Positions 58,667 to 64,000 of a DNA stretch of 64,000 bases are shown here, piece by piece. The notes under the pieces were generated by a model. It was given only the letters and a program-made list of their open reading frames with translations, did no database searches and was not told the DNA's origin. Source of the stretch: an uncultured Planctomycetota bacterium. Lineage in GTDB: Bacteria > Planctomycetota > B143-G9. The position numbers were made by a program, and so were the translations under genes. The stretch covers positions 13,773-77,772 of the forward strand of contig CAZNBY010000006.1 in NCBI GenBank assembly GCA_964571525.1, given 5' to 3'. Position 1 is the stretch's first letter, and each line of letters begins with the position of its first letter.

Positions 58667-59425
58667 CTATGAGACGCCAGCAAGCTCAAGCAGTTTTTCC
58701 ATGTTTTCAGGATGTTCTAATCTAAGCGCACCGTACTTGCATTTCGCCAATCCACCAGCAACGAAATGCCGAATTTCAACCTCGCGGTTGCGGTATTTGA
58801 CCAACCTTGTCAACTCACCTGATACTTCAATGTGCCTTGGGGTTCTGTTATGAGCCACCCTGCCCTGCATCAGTTCAAGCGGAAAAGCAGTCTGAAGGTC
58901 AAAGAAGCTTACACCATACATGCAGGCAAGCTGCTCGAATGTTATCGGCGCACACATAAGACCAAACAAACCAAGTGATCTTGCAGTACATTCTATCATG
59001 GCTCCATCTTCTGCCTCTATCTCGACATAGTCAGGAATCAGTGGACTCGACAACCTATCAATAACTACTTTGACTCCGGTAGGCAATGACCACTGCTCTC
59101 TCCAGCGTTCTTCGTAGCTTCCAGCAACTGAGAAGCCCGCTTCTTGCATGAATTTCTGCGCAAGCTCCATTGAGTCAACTATTGTCTCGAACTCATCACG
59201 GCTCTTCAGATCACCGACATGGCGCTTGCCTTTTGCAGTTATTGAGGCTTGACCGCCAACATCCCGAAGTCGGAACAGCAAATCTGGGCTTTTACCGGTG
59301 TAATCGAAGTATAGGGTTTTTACCAAGGATGAATAATCAAGCGATGCATTTGCGGAAGCGAGTTTTTCGCGAAGGATTTGGCTATTTACAGGCCAGTACT
59401 TTAGCTCTCGTTCAATCATCAGCAC
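58667..59425 (-). CDS. CYTH-domain protein (class IV adenylate cyclase / triphosphatase-like fold)
   Basis: N-terminal IERELKY matches the CYTH ExExK signature. About 250 aa. The start abuts the stop of the upstream gene. Confidence 0.6.
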   Translation of the reverse strand: MLMIERELKYWPVNSQILREKLASANASLDYSSLVKTLYFDYTGKSPDLLFRLRDVGGQASITAKGKRHVGDLKSRDEFETIVDSMELAQKFMQEAGFSVAGSYEERWREQWSLPTGVKVVIDRLSSPLIPDYVEIEAEDGAMIECTARSLGLFGLMCAPITFEQLACMYGVSFFDLQTAFPLELMQGRVAHNRTPRHIEVSGELTRLVKYRNREVEIRHFVAGGLAKCKYGALRLEHPENMEKLLELAGVS

Positions 59426-59426
59426 A

Positions 59427-62400
59427 CTATTGAAACGCCAGCGCTACGCCGCGTTCTGTGACATAGACAACGAGATCAGGTGAAAACAGGGGATCGCAGA
59501 TTATGCGTGAATCAGAATCGTATTTCCATTGTAGGTCGAGCGCTCCGGTATCAGTAAGCTTGAAACAGATAATCGCGCCTGTTGAGGAAGCGCAGTATAG
59601 CTCGTTGTTGAATATGATAGGCTGTGAAGACGCTTTACCGTTGAACGAGAAAGTTGCAGCTATTTTGCTCTCCACAAGATTGATCATTATGATGCGCCCT
59701 GGTTCGCGGTCATCACCCTTCTGCGCTGTGGTTGCAACAATGACGAAGTTGCCAAACTTCACCGGCCTACCCACCACCATTGCTGTTGCAAGACGAATAA
59801 CCTTTACAACAGACAGATCGGCTTTGTTTAGAAGATAGAAGTCGCCAAGCTCGTTGCCAAAGCAAATCGTGTCGCCGAAGATCTCGGGTGTTGCTGAGAT
59901 TGCCGCAGATGATGTCAGCTTTTTCGCGATTGAACCGTCAATCACTGACACCTTATATATGCTAAAATCGCGGCTCGTAAAGTAAATGAATCCTGATTCA
60001 TAAACTGGTGATGACAACACGGGACCCTTGGTTTGTGTGCTCCAAAGCAGTTCGCCTTTGTCTGCGGAAAGACAATACAAGTTGCCGTTCTCGGCTCCAA
60101 ACGCAATTACCTTTTTGCCGTGCTTGGGGCTGTCGAAGATTGCAGGCTCAGACCTAATGAAGTCCTTCACTTCATAATGCCATGCAAGGGTGCGTTTTGA
60201 AATATCAACAGCATATAGATTGCCATCAAGTGAAGGAATGTAAAGCAAACCGCTTGAATAGACTGAGTTTGCTGTTACATCGTGAACTTGTGACTTGTTG
60301 CCGGTAAGCTCTTCGATTGAATATGTCTGCTTTGTCGCTCCGCTGTTGCGATCGAGCACATAGATCGTGCCATTTCTTGTTACGCAATACACATCGTTGT
60401 TGATAAGCAGCGGGCGGGATTCAAATGAGCCTGTCGAGGTCGCTTTCACTCGCCATAAGTGCATTCTTTCAAGTGTAATCCTGTATGTTGGTTTCTCCTC
60501 TGGCATTAGCCGAATCGTAAGAGGCGCAAAACCTCGCGCGGAGACGACGACATCCACCGCTATCTTCTGCTGCAACAATAGCAGTTGCGGAACTTTGCCG
60601 ATCAGCTTGCCGTCAACAGAAACATCAGCATCACTTGGCAAGTTGCAGTCAACATAGACAGGTATGCGGATTTCTGATACCCGCTTGCTTTGCGTGTATG
60701 TGGAAGCCAATGCGGTGACAATGCTATGCGCCTCAGCATGCTTACCGTTTTTCAATGAGTCTTCGAACTGCGATATCATGTCAGTAATAGTCTTGTTAAT
60801 GTTCTTGATACGAGACTCGACTTGGACATAGATACGCTTTTCTTCTTCGAATTCAGACTCCTTCATCAACAAGGCAAGCTGCTCTTCCACCTCTTCGACT
60901 TTCATCCTGCTATCCTCAGCGGGAAGTGAATTCTTAAAGTCATTTGCCTTTTTTATTGCTGCGTTAGTCTTCTTCTTAAGGTCATCCGCAATCCTTTCGC
61001 GACGGTTTCTCTCAAGCTCAGAAAACTCGGTCATTCGCTCCTTTGCTTTTGAGAAAGTTGGGGCAAGCGGATAGTTGAGGATGAACTCCTCAATGCGGTT
61101 CGTTGCCTCAAGGTACTTGCCTTCTTCAACAAACTTCAACGCTTCTTTTTCCGCTTTCGCAAACTCTACGCGGGTATGTACTACATAACCCAGTGCAAGT
61201 CCAGCGACAGAAAACAGCAGAACAAGAAGCACACAGACACGCACGATTTGAAGCTTGCGCTTACGGCGCTTGCCCTCCAAATCAACCAGTTTTTCGAGCT
61301 TGCCGCGGAATTCTTGGTTCTCAGGTGCAATCTGCACCATGCGGTGATATATGTCTATTGCAGCCTTGTAGTTGCCTTGGGATGAGTGAAGAACAGCCAG
61401 TTCTGAAAGGTGGGCAAGCGCAACTTCCTTGCGATTTATGCGAAGCAGTGTCTCAACTAATTCCTCGCGAACACGGATGTCTGACTTGACTGTCTTGATC
61501 AGCTTCTCTGATACCTCGATAAAGAGGTCAGGCTCGTTTTTAGAGTTTATTGACTTAAGTGCAGTACGATATTCCTCGGCGGCTTTATTGGCAGATTTGC
61601 CAGCGACATAAAGGTCTGCCAGCAATACCCTTTCATTGTAATCGCGGGTATCGAGATTGAGTATTTCGGTCTGAACTTCGACAGCCTTCGGATATTCGCC
61701 ACGATCAAAGTAGTACTTCACGACCTCTTTGAAGCGCTCTTTCGATTTGTCTGAATCTCCAATCGCCCGGTATGCCTCTGCGAGCCTTTCGACGACATCC
61801 GGTTGCCAAGCATCGTTTATCAGTACCAGTGTCAGTATAGAGATGCCGTCTTCATAAAATCCGTTGCGTAGGCAATCGTAACCGGTTTGAATCAGTTCGT
61901 TGGTTTCCTTAAGCCGCACATAACCGGTTTTGATAAGGTCTGCAAGAATCTGGCTCGCGATAAAATTGCCGAGAAAAGAGAGAGTGCATATCTTCTTAGC
62001 GTTATTTATGCCGTTTATAAGGCTTACGATTGTCTTCTGTGACTCGTCGAGAACATCATCTTCTGGTTTAACTATAAGGACCGGTATCTCGCGTTCCGAC
62101 GGCAGATATTGGCGAATTCGCGACCATTCGTCAAGGCGCCGCATAGCCTCCATAAGGATGGAGTTTGTATTAAATAGCAAGTTGTACTTGGATATATCCG
62201 CGTCGAAAACTGTATCTACGGGGAATTGCTCGGAGAACTCGAATAGAGCCTCTTGCCATGCAAAAAGCTCGTATAGAGTCTCTTCTTGTTGGAAGCGGAG
62301 CGTCTCGAGAATCTGCTCGCGTGTAAGCAGGTTTGTTCGGACAAGGATGTCACCTAACAGCTCTTTAGTTGTTCTCTGAACAGCAAGGCTTCGCTCAAGA

Positions 62401-62624
62401 TCCTCGCTCGACATCATTCCGGTGCGAAGGAGTATCTCGCCAAACCGTACTTTTGCAGACTTAGTTAAGGCGACTTGACGGATTAGACCGTCTTCGAACA
62501 AGACAAAACCTTCAGAATTTGACTTCTTATTGTAAATAGCAAGAGTACCCGTCTGCCGGTTCATGGAGAGGGTCTGGAAGATGTTGGCAAGATTGAATGT
62601 GTTTAGATCACCTTTAAAGCCCAT
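59427..62624 (-). CDS. PATAN/DUF4388-TPR-TM-PQQ-like beta-propeller protein (bitopic signalling scaffold)
   Basis: N-terminus GDLNTFNLANIFQTLSMNRQTGTLAI...GFVLFEDGLIRQ is a DUF4388/PATAN hallmark. TPR-like helices follow. TM helix VCVLLVLLFSVAGLALGYVV. C-terminal repeats GTIYVLDRNSGATKQ / GNLYAVDISKRTLAW / GNLYCLSADKGELLW are typical of PQQ/BamB-like propellers. Confidence 0.6.
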   Translation of the reverse strand: MGFKGDLNTFNLANIFQTLSMNRQTGTLAIYNKKSNSEGFVLFEDGLIRQVALTKSAKVRFGEILLRTGMMSSEDLERSLAVQRTTKELLGDILVRTNLLTREQILETLRFQQEETLYELFAWQEALFEFSEQFPVDTVFDADISKYNLLFNTNSILMEAMRRLDEWSRIRQYLPSEREIPVLIVKPEDDVLDESQKTIVSLINGINNAKKICTLSFLGNFIASQILADLIKTGYVRLKETNELIQTGYDCLRNGFYEDGISILTLVLINDAWQPDVVERLAEAYRAIGDSDKSKERFKEVVKYYFDRGEYPKAVEVQTEILNLDTRDYNERVLLADLYVAGKSANKAAEEYRTALKSINSKNEPDLFIEVSEKLIKTVKSDIRVREELVETLLRINRKEVALAHLSELAVLHSSQGNYKAAIDIYHRMVQIAPENQEFRGKLEKLVDLEGKRRKRKLQIVRVCVLLVLLFSVAGLALGYVVHTRVEFAKAEKEALKFVEEGKYLEATNRIEEFILNYPLAPTFSKAKERMTEFSELERNRRERIADDLKKKTNAAIKKANDFKNSLPAEDSRMKVEEVEEQLALLMKESEFEEEKRIYVQVESRIKNINKTITDMISQFEDSLKNGKHAEAHSIVTALASTYTQSKRVSEIRIPVYVDCNLPSDADVSVDGKLIGKVPQLLLLQQKIAVDVVVSARGFAPLTIRLMPEEKPTYRITLERMHLWRVKATSTGSFESRPLLINNDVYCVTRNGTIYVLDRNSGATKQTYSIEELTGNKSQVHDVTANSVYSSGLLYIPSLDGNLYAVDISKRTLAWHYEVKDFIRSEPAIFDSPKHGKKVIAFGAENGNLYCLSADKGELLWSTQTKGPVLSSPVYESGFIYFTSRDFSIYKVSVIDGSIAKKLTSSAAISATPEIFGDTICFGNELGDFYLLNKADLSVVKVIRLATAMVVGRPVKFGNFVIVATTAQKGDDREPGRIIMINLVESKIAATFSFNGKASSQPIIFNNELYCASSTGAIICFKLTDTGALDLQWKYDSDSRIICDPLFSPDLVVYVTERGVALAFQ

Positions 62625-62662
62625 TCATACCTGCCGTAACTATTAGTGGCAAGCCACTTTTG

Positions 62663-63157
62663 CTATTCGTTGAACAACTCGTCGAGATGGTTTTTTGCCT
62701 CCGCAGCCATGTCACCAGCAAATTGAGGTTCTTCAGAAGAGCCTCTTGCCAGCACTTCTTCAATCTTACGGGAAACCTCGTTTGCGTATAACCTAACCAT
62801 TCCAATCGTTGTATTGTCATTGAAGAGGATGACGAGCATCGTTCTTTCAGCAATGAGGCTAATATGAATAGATTCTTGCTTGCCCTGATGGAAGAGGACC
62901 GAGAACTCTGGCTCACCAAGCAATGAGGCAACTTGCTTTGTAGAGGCAAAGCTGCCAGCGACAAGCGCGGCAACTGAGGTAATGTCAATGTTCTTGGTTT
63001 CGCCTTTTTTCGTAACAAGATGTCCGTCCACATCAATCAGCAGCGCCGCTGAGGAGCGGGATGCCTCGAGAAAATTAGTGAGAATGCTGTTGATTTCGCG
63101 GATATCGTTTTCGTAGAAGATCAGCCGTCTTTTGCGAAGTTTTTCGGCGTCTTTCAT
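62663..63157 (-). CDS. Roadblock/LC7-domain protein (MglB-like)
   Basis: 164 aa. AALLIDVDGHLV...ITSVAALVAGSFAS pattern typical of Roadblock/LC7. Adjacent to the MglA-like GTPase. Confidence 0.5.
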   Translation of the reverse strand: MKDAEKLRKRRLIFYENDIREINSILTNFLEASRSSAALLIDVDGHLVTKKGETKNIDITSVAALVAGSFASTKQVASLLGEPEFSVLFHQGKQESIHISLIAERTMLVILFNDNTTIGMVRLYANEVSRKIEEVLARGSSEEPQFAGDMAAEAKNHLDELFNE

Positions 63158-63178
63158 ATCTCGCTCCTTTATACCAAA

Positions 63179-64000
63179 TTACAAAGACTTTAACAGGATG
63201 AGACCGAGCAGCGCGAGAATACCGACGGCTGCAACGATGATAACAATCCAAAGCCACTTTTTGCTTGAGGGTGCGCTTTGAGCAGCAGGTTGATTTGCTG
63301 GTTGCGCAGCTTGCTTTGGTTTCTGCGGTACTGATGGCTTTGGTGCCGCTTTAGGCGGAGGTGGAGGCGGAGGTGGCGCAGACGGTCTTGGTGATGCAGG
63401 AAGAGGAGTCTGCTTTGGCTGCTCGGGCTTAGGCGGTGCAGGAGCCTTTGGCGCTTCGGGCTTTGAAGTTGCATCAGAAGGTGGTGCAGGAGGTGGTGGA
63501 GCTGAAGGCCTTGGCGGTGGTGGAGCGGAGGCAGGTTTTACTGGCGCACCGGTGGAAGAAGCCTCTTCCTCTTTCGCCTTTCCACCATACTCTTTGTTGA
63601 GCTTGTCGAGCACTAAAACTGCGATTTTCTTAAGGCTTTCAAAAACACCCTTTCCGTTTATCGCGACAGCCCCGCTTGTCGGCACCCCTCTTGGATTCAG
63701 AGTCTTTTGAAGCTCTTCATCCGAAGAAAGGTCTGGCAAGTCCTGCTTATTCCACTGCAATACAAGAGGCAAAGACTCTGGGTCGTATCCGTTCTCTCTG
63801 AGATTCTCATAGAGGTTGTTAAGCGATTCAACATTCTCTTCCATCATCGTGCGCTGGGAATCTGCGACGAACACAACTCCGTCAACTCCCTGCAACACGA
63901 GCTTTCGTGTCGCATTGTAATACACCTGTCCGGGGACGGTATAAAGTTGGAAACGCACCTGCATGCCGGCAACCTTGCCGATTTCGAGCGGAAGAAAGTC
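63179..64000 (-). CDS. MglA-like Ras-family small GTPase with proline-rich linker and C-terminal TM tail. The N-terminus lies beyond the window.
   Basis: [49 protein letters not shown] aligns with MglA FDFLPLSLGE...[34 protein letters not shown]. NKQD G4 motif. Then about 100 aa Pro-rich ([15 protein letters not shown]...) and a terminal TM [22 protein letters not shown]. The frame is open to the window edge. Confidence 0.7.
   Translation of the reverse strand, partial: [273 protein letters not shown]

Noticed and set aside
63190-63474. 94-aa ORF (His/Leu/Arg-rich) in another frame over the Pro-rich region of the GTPase gene
   Set aside because: The GGN/CCN repeat DNA keeps several frames open. 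The MglA-like frame is the one continuous with the conserved G domain.
1-64000. Searched for tRNA T-loop (GGTTCGAATCC-like) and CRISPR-type spaced direct repeats
   Set aside because: None seen in the intergenic regions. The only periodic repeat is the coding hexanucleotide tract at 30468-30500.

Overview
This 64 kb window is bacterial chromosomal DNA with about 50% GC, densely coded on both strands. No rRNA, tRNA or CRISPR array is visible.

Ordinary content, in order:
- the 3' end of pstB (1-355)
- a long minus-strand block (3920-10901) containing the GTPase Der, an MBL-fold hydrolase and several secreted or membrane hypotheticals
- riboflavin synthase
- a TrkH/TrkA potassium uptake pair
- a TetR-adaptor-RND efflux operon
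- an NfeD/flotillin pair, a dual-FHA protein, an MscS channel and a large PAS histidine kinase
- a near-complete division and cell-wall (dcw) cluster on the minus strand at 38930-56751: mraZ, rsmH, ftsL, a LysM protein, ftsI, murE, murF, mraY, ftsW, murG, murC, murB, ddl, a TPR protein, an SLT lytic transglycosylase, ftsQ and an ftsA-like gene

The dcw cluster is unusual. murD is missing from its canonical slot between mraY and ftsW. No ftsZ follows ftsA. The FtsA-like protein has degenerate ATP-binding motifs. Extra genes (LysM, SLT, TPR) are inserted.

The window carries many secreted beta-propeller-type proteins: SBBP-like, BNR/Asp-box-like tandem paralogs, RCC1, WG-repeat and PQQ-like. It also carries a prepilin-type N-terminal protein with a DUF1080-like domain. 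By inference this resembles PVC-like or candidate-phylum lineages, but the taxonomy is not determined.

The most interesting locus is at the 3' end (58667-64000, minus strand), an apparent operon with:
- an MglA-like Ras-family GTPase carrying an unusual proline-rich linker and a C-terminal transmembrane tail anchor
- a Roadblock/LC7 (MglB-like) protein
- a 1065-aa protein combining an N-terminal PATAN/DUF4388 domain, TPR, a single TM helix and an extracytoplasmic PQQ-like beta-propeller
- a CYTH-domain protein
- a C-terminal processing protease

This looks like a membrane-tethered small-GTPase polarity or signalling module whose architecture I do not recognise as described.
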